Shown here in pieces: positions 38,949 to 51,891 of a DNA stretch of 64,000 nt. Source of the DNA: Octopus sinensis (Eukaryota); NCBI RefSeq assembly GCF_006345805.1, contig NC_043004.1, positions 27,466,001 through 27,530,000 on the forward strand, in the 5' to 3' direction. The position numbers and the translations under genes were made by a program. The stretch's first letter is position 1; the number at the start of each line of letters is the position of its first letter. The notes under the pieces were generated by a model. The model did not search any database, had not been told where the DNA came from, and worked only from the letters and a program-made list of their open reading frames with translations.

Positions 38949-39723
38949 TACAACAAATTTCGGAATTAGAGATAGACATACAAGAAACAGGCACAGAAAA
39001 AGCTAAGCGCATGAAAACCCGTGCTAAATCTGCGGCCTTACATATTCTGAATGATAAATGGCAAGAAAAACCTCTCTATGGCAAATACCCAAAGACAGCG
39101 AATAATGCAGATGTTGACAAAGCCCTGACCCATCAATGGCTAATGGCCTCTGGCTTAAAATCTGAAACAGAGGGGTTTATCATAGCAGCTCAAGATCAAT
39201 GCCTACCAACAAGAAACTACCAGGCCAACATATTAAAGATCGGCAGTAGCCCAACATGTCGTGTATGTCAGCAACAAAATGAAACCATTGATCATGTGGT
39301 CTCCAAGTGCAGCCTTCTAGTGCCTACAGAGTATCTCAATAGGCATGATAGAGCTGCACAATATATTCAAACTGACAGAAAGATAGATGCAAATAGGCCA
39401 GACATCATATTGAAAGACTTCAAACAAAGAACATCCCTCCTCATTGATATGACTGTCCCAATCGATATAAACGTATCTGTCAAGACCTACCAAAAACTGA
39501 GCAAATATAAAGATCTTAAAATAGAAATCAGCAAAATGTGGAATCTGAAGACTAAAACAATACCTGTTGTCATAGGTGTCCTGGGAATGATAGCAAAAGG
39601 GGCTGAGTGCTACCTAACTCAGATACCAGGAAACCCCAAAATGGCAGAAATTCAAAAGATAGTGCTCATGGGAACTGCTCATATCCTACGCAAAATACAA
39701 CCTGCACTAGTGCATGTGTAACA

Positions 39724-39757
<34 letters not shown>

Positions 39758-39825
39758 TGTTGTCTCTTGAGGTCTCTGGGTGAGACTTGGAGCCAACTTG
39801 TGCAAATATAAAGCAAAAGTCAAAC

Positions 39826-39827
<2 letters not shown>
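38948..39827 (+). mobile_element. 5'-truncated R4/Dong element; ORF 39011-39721 encodes the CCHC knuckle and RLE endonuclease
   Basis: W.EKPLYG.Y, ETEGFIIAAQDQ, CRVC..ETIDHVVSKC, RHD, RPDII, KLSKYKDL. Confidence 0.93.
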
Positions 39828-39892
<65 letters not shown>

Positions 39893-40022
39893 CCTACATA
39901 AAGCATTTTCAATACAGTGAAAATAAGAACACCACGACAAATCACAGCACACGGTGCACACAGAGCTGTGTTAAGTAGTGCAGTGAAAGCATGTGATAAA
40001 AATAAGACTACTGAATAATAAT

Positions 40023-40645
40023 AGTTAGAATGGTAATGTAGGTTATGCAAATCAAAGGAGGAAAGTGTTACTCATAATAAGTGAATTTCGCATGATGACA
40101 CAGAAAGAATACAAGGAAATACATGACAGCTTAAGGAGAGTAATCCACTGGGTGTTATATAGAAAGCTAGGATTTGACCATACTGATAAATGGTATGAAT
40201 ATGAACCTAGTAAAGTACTAGAAAGTAAGAAATATAAGATGTTGTAGGACTTTAACATTCAGACGGACAGAGAAATAGAAGCTAGAAGGCTTGATTTAGC
40301 AGTAATATATAAAGGGAATTGGAAGTACCAGATAATTGATTTTACTGTTCCAAATGATGTGAAAATCAATAGGAGAGGTATAGAAAAAATAGCAAAGTCC
40401 CAGAGACTACAGAAAGTGCTGGTAAAATGCATCCCAGTAGTTATAGGTGCATTAGGAACTATCGTAACATATTTGAACAGATGGATAGAGGAAAATCACA
40501 TAAAACACAGTTTACTACAGCTCCAGAAAATAGTGTTTTAGGGACAGCTAGGATACTTAGAAGGGTTCTTGGCATTTAAGGTTACTTGTTGTAGCCCGAT
40601 GTTAGGATTTTTTTTTTCTCCAACAGTCTAATCTGTTGTGCATAT
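40023..40645 (+). mobile_element. R4/Dong 3' fragment, further subfamily
   Basis: CRLCK..E; HDSL..IHW; DFNIQTDREIEARR.D; IPVVIGALG; LQK.V..GTARILR. Confidence 0.85.
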
Positions 40646-41002
40646 ACGTAGTTTGTAGAGAAAGAGCTAAATGTGCCTGAAAAGAAACATGGTCTTCCTC
40701 CCCACCCCACCCCAACTAAACTACAGGAAGAGCTATGAAAGAAGGCAAATAAGTACCAGGGGTGGGGGAAAGAAGAGAGAACTAACAGTCGATCATTCTA
40801 GAACTCCCAGAGTAAAAACGTAAACACCTGAAAAACTTTCTCTCTATTCTTTACTAAAAGTATTTCCCTCTTCTTCATTGTTAAAAGCAAAGAAGCTAGA
40901 AAAGGTCGATTATATTTCAGTCTAATTGTCATTGTAAATGACTGAGGCTTTCCTCTCCCTGTCGCTGCCGCTTCACTCCTTTTCTCTATAGTTAAGAGAG
41001 TG

Positions 41003-41325
41003 AAGGTGCATGGCTCAGTAGTTAGGGGTATTCGGCCCACAATTTTAATATCATGAGTAAGATTTCCTGCAGTGCGCTGTGTTCTTGAGCCAGGTACTCT
41101 ACTTCACTCTGCTGCAGTCCATTCAGCTGGCAAAAATGACTTGTACCTGTAATTCAAAGGGGTCAGCTGTGTCACATTCTGTGTGAGGCTGAATCTCCCT
41201 GGGAACTAACTTATGGTATGCATGTCTGTGGAGTACTCAGCCACTTGCACGTTAATTTTATGTGCAGACTGTTCCGTTAACCAGATAAACAGAAACCTCG
41301 TCGTTATAAGCAATGGAGTGCCAGT
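41003..41325 (+). mobile_element. tRNA-derived SINE (29279 family); partial copy at 41650-41790
   Basis: tggctcagtagttaggg head; cagccacttgcacgttaattt block. Confidence 0.8.
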
Positions 41326-42468
41326 TTTTAAAAAGAGTGAAAGGAAAGGAAATGTTCAATATCGTTAGGCAAAAATGTCATGCGTTTAGTATGAGTTGTG
41401 AAAGCTAAGACGAAATAATTGCTATTCCCTCATGTATTCACCCTCAACTCATGCTTATTTTGATAACAAACATCCTGCGCAATGGTGTTTATCTGGGGGC
41501 TTGACCACCAGATCTGTGAGACCCACAAATGTTGCTGTTGGGACCAGATTAACACTCATAGTGACCCTAATGACTAATAAGATTTTCCTGCCCCTATATA
41601 GGATCTTTCTGCATTTTCTTCCAACCACTTGAAGGTTTATCTTGCTCTAGTCCGCTCAGTTGGCCAAAATGAGTTGTAGTTGTAATTCAAAGGAGCCAGC
41701 CTTGTCCTATTCTGTGTGAGGCTGAATCTCTCTGAGAATTACGTTAATGATATGCGTGTCTGTGGAGTACTCAGCCACTTGTGAGTTAATATTATCCTCT
41801 TGTGGGATAATGATAAGTGGAAGTGGCATTCAATATTTCCTTTGTCTATGTATCTACGTATCAACTTTTCTTTCGATCTATGTATCTACTGTCACTCTCA
41901 CTTTCTCTCTTTCTCTTTCACTTCTTCTGTGTCCCTCTCATCTCTCCCGCTTTTAATTTAACACTGTGTGTATGTGTCTATGTATCTAGTTTTCTTGCAA
42001 TGTGAAAAACATTTAAAAACACAAAATGAAAGTCATCATCACTCATTGTCTCTTTCTCTCTCCCTTCCCTCACTCTCTTTCTGTCTCTCTCTTTCTCTCT
42101 TACTTCCTCTCTGTCCTCCTCTCTTTGACATTGCCACTCACTTCTTTGAAATAGGTGTGACATACATGACAGGTATGTACAAAAAGAACAAATTGGCATA
42201 TAAATATTATTGATAATATATATATATACATATGTGTGTGTGCATATATATATATATATACACATATGTATATATATGTGTGTATATATGTATATATACA
42301 TATGTGTATATATACATATGTGTATATATATATATATGTATATATGTATGTACATATATACATATATATAAATACACACACACACACATATATATATATA
42401 TACACACATATGTATATATATATGTGTATATATATGTATATATACATATGTGTATATATACATATGTG

Positions 42469-42506
<38 letters not shown>

Positions 42507-42530
42507 CATATATACATATATATAAATACC

Positions 42531-42568
<38 letters not shown>

Positions 42569-42569
42569 A

Positions 42570-42620
<51 letters not shown>

Positions 42621-42904
42621 CATACACACACACACTTACGGGAGACTTTTAATAGAAAATGGAGACAAACACCATTCCTCCATGTGATCAGCTTGAAAAA
42701 TTGTTGAGGTAGTTTTCTATTTTTCGTAACGTGACACCAATGGTAAACTTAATATACAAATAAAGAAATTCTATCCATCAGTTTGGTGTTGAGCACTCAT
42801 TTTCATTGTTTAACATTTACGTAATTTACGTATACGTGTGTGTGTATGTTTGTGTGTGTGTGTGTGTGTGTATTTATATATATATGTATAATATATATGT
42901 ATAT

Positions 42905-42948
<44 letters not shown>

Positions 42949-43474
42949 ATTATTACATATATATACATTTACGTATTTGTTTTGGAAGATTCGTGATGTG
43001 AAGTCATGCATTGAAAAAGATTTTGTTATACTTTGGGATGATCGTATTTTGGCAATTAAATACGACCTGCACTAGTGTATGTGTAACAATGCACACACAC
43101 ACACACACACACATATTGTTGACGTCATAAAAATTTTATAAATATTCAAGAGATAGTGAAATAATTGTATTTAGGAACCCTAGATCTCAAAGCACAGAAA
43201 GCTATAAATAATAACCTGAAAATATTGGATTGGAAAACCCTTTGGGATTTTGACTACAGGAAATGTAAGTTCATGTCCCATGAGCAGTCTTAGACTTTTT
43301 CTATCCGAAAGAGTTTTCTAACTTAATATTCACATGCTATATGCTTTTATCAATAGCTTTATATTTTTTGAGATACACTATTCTTGAAACAAGATGTTTG
43401 ATTATACATATACATATACATACATACATACATACATACATACTTACATACATACATACATACATACATGCATG

Positions 43475-43521
<47 letters not shown>

Positions 43522-43677
43522 TAGAAAAGACCACCTTTTATCAATTCAAAATAAACAATTAAATTACACCATCTAGAAAATTACATATAATAGAAATATT
43601 AAAACTAAAATAACAATAATATACCGATGATTAAATAAATTGCAAAATAATAATAAAAACGTATATATTTGGTTGAA

Positions 43678-43781
43678 TAACGACACGTGTGTCGTGGCTA
43701 TATTTAAGAAATGATTATAGTAAAAAAATTAACAGTAGTAGTAAAATCACTTCGATATAAATATAGCCACTCATCAGGTTA
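43678..43781 (-). ncRNA. Hammerhead, mirror copy with GAAA>GACA
   Basis: Reverse complement: taac CTGATGA gtggctatattta..taaatatagccac GACAC ACGT GTC gtta. Confidence 0.8.
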
Positions 43782-44033
43782 AAAATAAAATAGAATAATA
43801 AAATAATCAATCAATAAATATACTTTAATATATATATATATAATATATATTATATATATATATAATTAATTAATAAATATACTTTAAAATATATATATAT
43901 ATAATTAATTAATAAATATACTTTAAAATATATAATATATAATTAATTAATAAATATACTTTAAAATATATATATATATATATATGTTAAAGTATATTTA
44001 TTAATTAATTATTTTATTATTCTAATTTATTTT

Positions 44034-44137
44034 TAACCTGATGAGTGGTTATATTTATATCGAAGTGATTTTACTACTACTATTAATATTTTTACTATAA
44101 TCATTTCTTAAATATAGCCACGAAACACGTGTCGTTA
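44034..44137 (+). ncRNA. Type-I hammerhead ribozyme with canonical core
   Basis: taac CTGATGA gtggttatattta..taaatatagccac GAAAC ACGT GTC gtta; predicted cleavage after C44133. Confidence 0.9.
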
Positions 44138-44414
44138 TTCTACCAAATATATACGTTTTTATTATTATTTTGCAATTTACTTAATCTTTGCTATATTATT
44201 GTTATTTTAATTTGAATATTTCTATTATATGTAATTTTCTAGATGGTGTAATTTAATTGTTCACTTTGAGTTGATAAAAGGTGTTTTTTCTAATTTTTAT
44301 ATATATTATATTTTGTGAAATTTGATTTAGTATTTCTAAATTGAATTTTTCCCTGTAAGTTAGGAATAATATTCCCTCAATAATAATTATTATATATATA
44401 TATATATATATAAT

Positions 44415-44462
<48 letters not shown>

Positions 44463-44871
44463 ATATATAATATATATATATATATAATATATATATGTAC
44501 ATATATATATATCATAAACTGTGTTGAGGCTTTCAAGTGAATGCTGCTATGCACGTAAGCATATCAAACATATCAATGTTTGCTGATAAATCTTTGTCTC
44601 TACCCTGTATTTATGTGTCTATATATCTACTTTTATTGTGATGTGATAAACATTTAAAAACACAAAACGAACGCTGTCACCGCTCACTGTCTCTTTCACT
44701 CTCTCTCTCTTTCGCTCTCTCTCTCTTTCTCTCTCTCTCCCTTTCTCTCTCTCTTTTTCACTCTCTCTTAATTCCTCTCTTTCACATTACCACTAACTTC
44801 TTTGAAGCAAGTGTGACACACATGACAGGTACGTACAAAAAGAATAAATTGGCATATTAATATTATTGATG

Positions 44872-44905
<34 letters not shown>

Positions 44906-44908
44906 ATA

Positions 44909-44947
<39 letters not shown>

Positions 44948-44956
44948 TCTATATAC

Positions 44957-44987
<31 letters not shown>

Positions 44988-45057
44988 TTACATATATATA
45001 TACACACAGGAGACTGTTTTTCTATCCAAAATGGAGACAAACACCATTCCTCCATGT

Positions 45058-45124
45058 GATCAGCTTGAAAAATTGTTGAGATATTTTTCCATTTTCTTAA
45101 CATGAAACCAATGGTAAACTTGAT
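45058..45124 (+). ncRNA. Possible degenerate hammerhead, U3:A8 variant (paralogue at 42687-42753)
   Basis: TTGAAAA attgttgaga..tcttaacat GAA ACCAATGGT A; stem I register imperfect; AATAAA follows. Confidence 0.4.
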
Positions 45125-45250
45125 ACAAAAATAAAGAAATTCTATCCACCAGTTTGGTGTTGAGCACTCATTTTCCTTGTTTAACATTTATGTATGTGTA
45201 TGTGTGTGTATATGTGTGTGTGTGTGTATTTACATATATATGCATAATAT

Positions 45251-45515
45251 AAAGACCCCCTTCGGTCATGAATGACCATGGGATTGCACCTAGAAAGTTA
45301 CCCTCCTAGACACAAGTCCGGGCAAGGTTGTTTATGGAAGACCAGCAGTCACCCATGCATACCGGCCTCCCCTCTCCACGCCACCAGTGTTATCCAAGGG
45401 AAAGACAAAGGTCGATACAGCTTGGCACCAGTGACGTCGCAACTCATTTCTACAGCTGAGTGAAGTGGAGCAACGTGAAATAAAGTGCTTTGCTCAAGAA
45501 CACAACACGCAGCCC
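45251..45515 (-). mobile_element. Head-truncated SINE
   Basis: Reverse complement gtgttcttgagcaaagcactttatttcacgttgctcca body shared with the 29279 family; different tail. Confidence 0.7.
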
Positions 45516-45551
45516 ACGCAGAACACAACACAACATGCATATATTATATGC

Positions 45552-45871
<320 letters not shown>

Positions 45872-45876
45872 ATATA

Positions 45877-45918
<42 letters not shown>

Positions 45919-45929
45919 ATATATATATA

Positions 45930-45986
<57 letters not shown>

Positions 45987-46009
45987 ATATTATATATACA
46001 TATATATGT

Positions 46010-46140
46010 GGAGGCGCAATGGCCGAGTGGTTAGGGCAGCGGGCTCGTGGTCGTAGGATTGCGGTTTCAATTCCCAGACTGCATGTTGTGAGTGTTTATT
46101 TAGCGAAAACACCTAAAGCTCCACGAAGCTCCGGCAGGGG
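46010..46140 (+). mobile_element. SINE 5' fragment with tRNA-like head
   Basis: tggccgagtggttagg..ggtttcaattccc A/B boxes; no tRNA acceptor stem. Confidence 0.7.
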
Positions 46141-48489
46141 GTGTTTTGGAAGATTCCTGATATGAAATCAGGCGTTAAAAAAGATATCGTTATACTTTGG
46201 GATGGTCATATTATGGCAATTGAATACTATATGCTCTGGTGCGTGTGTAACATTACACGCACACACACTCACGTATATTGTTGACGTCATAAGAATTGTA
46301 TAAATATTCAAAAGATAGTGAAACAATCCTGTTTACAAACCATAGATCTGAAAGTTGTTTGCTGATATATTTGTGTCTCTACCCTCTATTTAAATGTACG
46401 TGTCCATATATATGCATCTACATGTACACACTAGATCACATATATAAATGCATGCATGAATGTATCACTGATTACATTTTCAAAGCAGTTTAAATTTTGA
46501 AGGCAACACCCCAGTATGGTTTGCAGTCTAGTGACTGAAATAAATAACCGATATTCAATATTCATACACACACACACATACACACACACAAGCACGCACA
46601 TGCAAATCTGTATGTGAATAGACATCAGAATACCATTTAATTATAAAATACATCAAGTTATTAACATTATTTCAACAAGGAAAACTCAAGGAAGATACTT
46701 CTGGAAGAGATTTACTTCAAATATATGTTGTCACTGTTTGTCATTGTTATTCTTTTAGTAATTGTGTGTGTATATTGTACATGTATGTCTACGTTCATTT
46801 TTAAACTTAAATAAGTCCCTTCTCTCTCTCTTTCTCTCACTTTGTCTCTCTCTACTATGTGTGTGTGTTAGTGTGTGTAATATATATATGCATATATATA
46901 CATAACATATATATGTGTGTATATATATGTGTGTGCATATGTATGTATGTATATATGTATGTATATATATGCACATATATACAAATTCTCTTATACACAT
47001 ATCTGTACGTAAGAATAAAATTATATGTTTACACGGGTGTATATATGTATATGTATGTAAATAAGCACTTTTGTGTACATGTATGTGTGTGTCCATATGT
47101 GTGAATATGTGCAACGCACATATACACACACATATATATGTGTATATATATATATATACTTATGTATATATGTAATCTGGTATATATGAGTATTCACGTT
47201 TTAATAACTATACCATTAAATCCACCCTATTTTGCAGGAAGATCTGGGTGAACGTTAACAGAAGTAGATATTAGTGATGTTCAATGGATATGAATATGAG
47301 AGGATGTTGGAGATTAATCACTGCCACTTAGGATTTTTAATGTCCATTCAGATTAACATCAACAGGAATATTTGCATGAAACCTCTATACACGCATTAGA
47401 ATTGAACAGGGAAACAAAACATTATCATACAGGTATGTGCTAAGAAAGGAATTGTTTTTTGGTGATTTATTTTACATCACAATTTGGGAACAACATCACC
47501 ACTGATGGTAGATATTGATCATCAAATAGTGAATATGAAAACAAGGAAATATACCAAGATTATATTGAGGCATGTGCTAACAAAGGCTTTGGTTTTAAAA
47601 TGCTTTTTAAATTTTTAGTTTGGTAATAGCATTGTCGTTGGCTATGTGGAGGTAAACATCAAAGAAATTATGAAATTATGCAAGTTGGCAAACTTTAAGC
47701 TGGTCCTGTTGTACACATCCAGTAGCCCAATCAGATTTTATTTCACCACTGTTGTTTTCTGAAGTCCTCTGCCAGTTGGTAGGTAGTCAAAATAAACACC
47801 CTGAAAGTGACTTTCAGTTGAGGGGGATTGGATAATTCTATAAATATTTGTAGTTTGTAAAAGAAGTGTTTTATAACTTGATGCATCTTTCTGATGCATC
47901 CAACAAATATACAAAACATGTCTCTCTTTGTTGTTTAGCCCTAGGTCAACCTATGGTCAAACTATTTACAGTTATAACCATCTTTTTCCTGTTGTGTTCA
48001 GATGCAATACATGTAGGACTCAATTATCTACTGTGATCTTCCAGTTTTTTTTAAATAGAAAGATGTTATTTGAGGTTGATTTAGCTGATATTTCAATTAG
48101 GTCTAGTGAAAACAAATGAGCTCCGTTGTTGGTTTTTGTTTTGTATATTTTAATGATAGAGTAGTTGTAATGTTTTGTATATTGTAATGATAGAATAGTT
48201 GTTGAGCAGTTCCAGTCAGATGTAGAGAATAAAATTGCTTCCTCAAACATGTGGATGAATGCTATAAACCTACTACCAAGGGTATTCCATATCATCATCC
48301 AGTACCAAGAATTGTATGTCAGACATACAATTGTATGCTGATTTTTAACCTTAGGTCAGCCTTGATGGATCACAGCTATGATCAGATATATTGCAGACAT
48401 GACCCTCTTCAAGTATAAAATATCAAAGACTACATTAACCAATATTTCAATTTTTAAAAAAAAGTTGCTAAGGAGTGGTTTAAAGAAGA

Positions 48490-48790
48490 TTTGCTTACTA
48501 TTTCTAAAACTTATACTGGGGCCACAGAAAGCAGCCTCAAGAAGCAAGTTTACCAGCACAAGAATTAATTTAAATATCCAGAGAAAAGGTCTTTCTTGGA
48601 AAGAAAGTTACTTCACCAGGTTAACATTAGTTGTAATGCATAACACATATGTTAGATCTAATGAGTATAATATCGAGCACCACCACCACCAGACTTTTGA
48701 GTACTTTTAGCAGAGTACCTCTAATAGAACCATTCAGACCTGAGTCTTCCTGCAGACATACATCTGAAACTGTCCAGTTTGAATGAGAGT
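48490..48790 (+). mobile_element. Decayed Penelope-like GIY-YIG fragment; second copy at ~49915-50250
   Basis: KTYTGATESSLKKQVYQHKN*FKYP, matching KTYTGASENSFK at 63.4 kb. Confidence 0.65.
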
Positions 48791-50959
48791 TACATCCAGA
48801 GAAAGGCCACTTGACTGATTGGCATAGAGTTACCACATCTCCTGACCCACCGATATATTATGTGCTCTTCCTGCTTCTTTATTGCTAATATGATACCCTA
48901 TGCTCTCTACTGCTATTTGGCCTCATATCAAACTCACTCTTCTCCTCTCATCCCTTATTTTGCATCCAAACACTCATGTTTTACACAAAACACTAAACTT
49001 AAACCTTCCATCCCTGGATGCCAGCACTTTGGATCTTCTTCCCAACCCATGATTCTCTTGCAGCAGCCAACTTGCAAGAGAGAAAATAATTCTATCAATC
49101 TCAGCTATCTTGAAGTGCTTTCAAAGGCTGTAGGCACCACCCTTTGTCTGGTCACAGCTAATAAAAAGTAGTCAATTCCACCCATACATGCTCTTTCGTG
49201 TAGTTAATGTTAGGTTTTCTTTCATTCATTAGTAATTTTAATTTTAGCCTGACTGTCTTTGTCCTACATGCCGTTACATAATTGATAAGGTTTGTGCTAG
49301 TTTTGTTCCCTTTTTCAGATGGTAAACATTCAATTAAACAGATGTAATTATTATACCTTACAACAAGGTGACAAACTGGCAGAACTGTGAGCACACCGGG
49401 TGAAATGCTTAGCAGTATTTCATTCTGAGTTCAAATTCTGCCTTTTGGGGTTGATAAATTAAGTACCGGTTGCATACTGGGGTTGATGCAATCATCTATC
49501 CCCTCTTCAAATTTCAGGCCTTGTGCTTATAGAAGAAAGGATAATTATATGCTACAACACTAGAGCTCTCTTGTTGGTATGTATGGGCCAGTGTAGAAGT
49601 GTAATCAAGACGTGGAGAATAGTGAAGTGATTTAGATCACTATTTCACATTCCTATACAATACTTTAAATCATTTTCTCTCAGCAGTAAATTCAAGTTAT
49701 GCAGGTTTCAACTTGGATTTTCATCCTTTTAGAGGTTCCATAAAAATAAACCTCTACCATATACTGCAGGGAGATTTAACTGAATATATTTTTCTATAAT
49801 GTAAGGTTTTTAACTGTGCATATTAATTAAGGACACTGCACAATGGACAAATGTCTCATTAATGACAATTCCTAAGCCTAATGAGTAATATATGGAAGTA
49901 AAGTCCATCACTCTAGAAATAAAACTTAAACGTATACCGGGGCAGTAGAAAACAGCCTCAAGAAACAAGTTTACCAGCACAAGAATTAATTTAAATATAC
50001 AGAGAATAGGTTCTTCTGTCAGATATCTAGAAAAGACTGTTACTTCACCAGTTAACATTAGCTGTGTTGCATAACATAGATGTTAGCTCTAATAAGTGCT
50101 ATATCTAGCACCCACACCTGAGCCTTGAGTACTTTTAGCAGAGTACCTCTAATAGAACCATTCAAACCTGAACTCCTTGTTTCTTTATGTTCCTTCCATA
50201 ACAAACTTTTCCTGCAGACATACATTTGAAGCTGTTCAATTTGAAGATTGGTCATATAAATGCTACCAGGTTGAGAGGAATACATGCAAAGGACATGAGG
50301 CCTGACCATTTCACTCCATCACAAGATAAAATGGAAATTTTTTGCAAAGAAATTTCTCTGAAACACTATTTTAAAACACACTCCTGGTGAACTCATCAAT
50401 GCTAATTAAAAACATTGGAAAATCTTAATTAATGAATCTTTCAAAGATTTTTACCTGATCTCTCCAAAATTATTCAAAACATTTGTCAAAATATTCCTGA
50501 ATTAAGGAAAAATCTCAAGATAGTAATCATGGTTTTCTTCAATTTCAAAGTTGAACACATTTTTTTAACAATTTCTCTCTTCAAAATCTTTCCATATTTA
50601 GAAATTCATGCAAGAATATTCATTTCAGATATTTATCAATTGATAGATGTCACATCTCTATTTTCTTGGATTAAATACATATGAATTTCATTTATTCTTC
50701 CACATGTGTGTGTGTCACTCTGTCCTTCACTCTCTCTCTCCCTACTGCTCTTTCTTATATCTTTCTCTTTTCTCTTTCTCACTTTCCCTCTCTCAACCAC
50801 TTTTCTCTTTTGTATACTTTCTCTATCTCCATTCTGAATATAGACTTTTATATTCATAGCAAAAGCATATGCATGTAGACATACAAACAAATGCATGCAT
50901 ACATTAATGCATACATACATATATATATATATATAATTACAGACAGAAATTAAATAGAG

Positions 50960-51891
50960 AGATGCTACTGACAATCAAATAATTTATTTATAATATTACA
51001 TAATATACTATGAATATAATATAACATAATATTATATAACAAACAATTATTACAAAAATATAAAAAGCCAACAAATTGTTTCGGCTTTATATATATTCTG
51101 ATATAGACACACAATAACAATTCCCTTATATATAAGTCACTACAGGGTTCATGGTGTAGATGAAATTCTGTGCGAAAAGAAATATAATAGCAGAAAAGTA
51201 TCCAATTTATTTGTAAATAGTAATGATATGATTAACAATAGTATTAATATTAATAAGAACAAGAGTAGTAAATATGTCCTGAATAATAATAAATATTTAA
51301 ATAAACTTAGGTCTAATGATAATAAATATGCACCATATTCCAACCCAAATACACCCAATGATGTTAAGTATAATGAACATAGTTATATTTGTTTTATCAT
51401 TCCTTAAGCAGGATAAATAAAAATGAATTTGGTCAAGCTATTTTATAGATCTATATCTAAACACTTTAATAAAGAACATAGATATTATAAAATAATTAAT
51501 AATAAAAGGATTAGAATAAGTTTTTCAGGATCTAGAATTATCTCCTCCTTTAATAATAAAATGTTTGAACAATTTTTATAATTAAAAAAGTAATTATATT
51601 ACAGATAATGATCTAGCTAGGAACTGTGATTGTAGATATAAGGATAAATGTTTACTTAATAATTTTTGTTTACAGAACGATATTGTATATAGATGTAGGG
51701 TGGATTCGGAACAAAGAAATTATTTTTACATAGGTTCTGCAGAAAATTTTATTAAAAAACTGATAGCAAGCCATGAATACTCCTTTAGGAAAAGAGATAG
51801 ATTTAACAGTACTAGTCTAACTAAACTAATTTGGTAACTGAAGGATAGTGAGAAATCATACAAAATAAACTGGAAAATACTTAGTCATGGA
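50960..51891 (+). mobile_element. Penelope-like element fragment; GIY-YIG domain at 51667-51891
   Basis: CLQNDIVYRC..FYIGSAENFIKK..SH..SF..STSLTKLIW*LK..INWKIL. Confidence 0.8.

Larger units (their letters stand above)
43518..44390. repeat. Large inverted repeat (arms ~43518-43828 and ~43986-44298) of a Penelope-like terminal repeat
   Basis: aattaaattacaccatctagaaaattacatataatagaaatatt recurs as its reverse complement near 44215; AT-only spacer with short tandem units. Confidence 0.92.

Noticed and set aside
34490-40650. CRISPR-like repeat-spacer array
   Set aside because: The repeats are variable-length microsatellites and the spacers are retroelements; eukaryotic context with no cas genes
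42659-42710. ATG-containing mini-exon ([16 protein letters not shown])
   Set aside because: The splice-like sites are absent in the 45 kb paralogue; better explained as a repeat terminus
43210-43275. Additional hammerhead (CTGAAAA...GAAATGTA)
   Set aside because: Stems I and II do not pair convincingly
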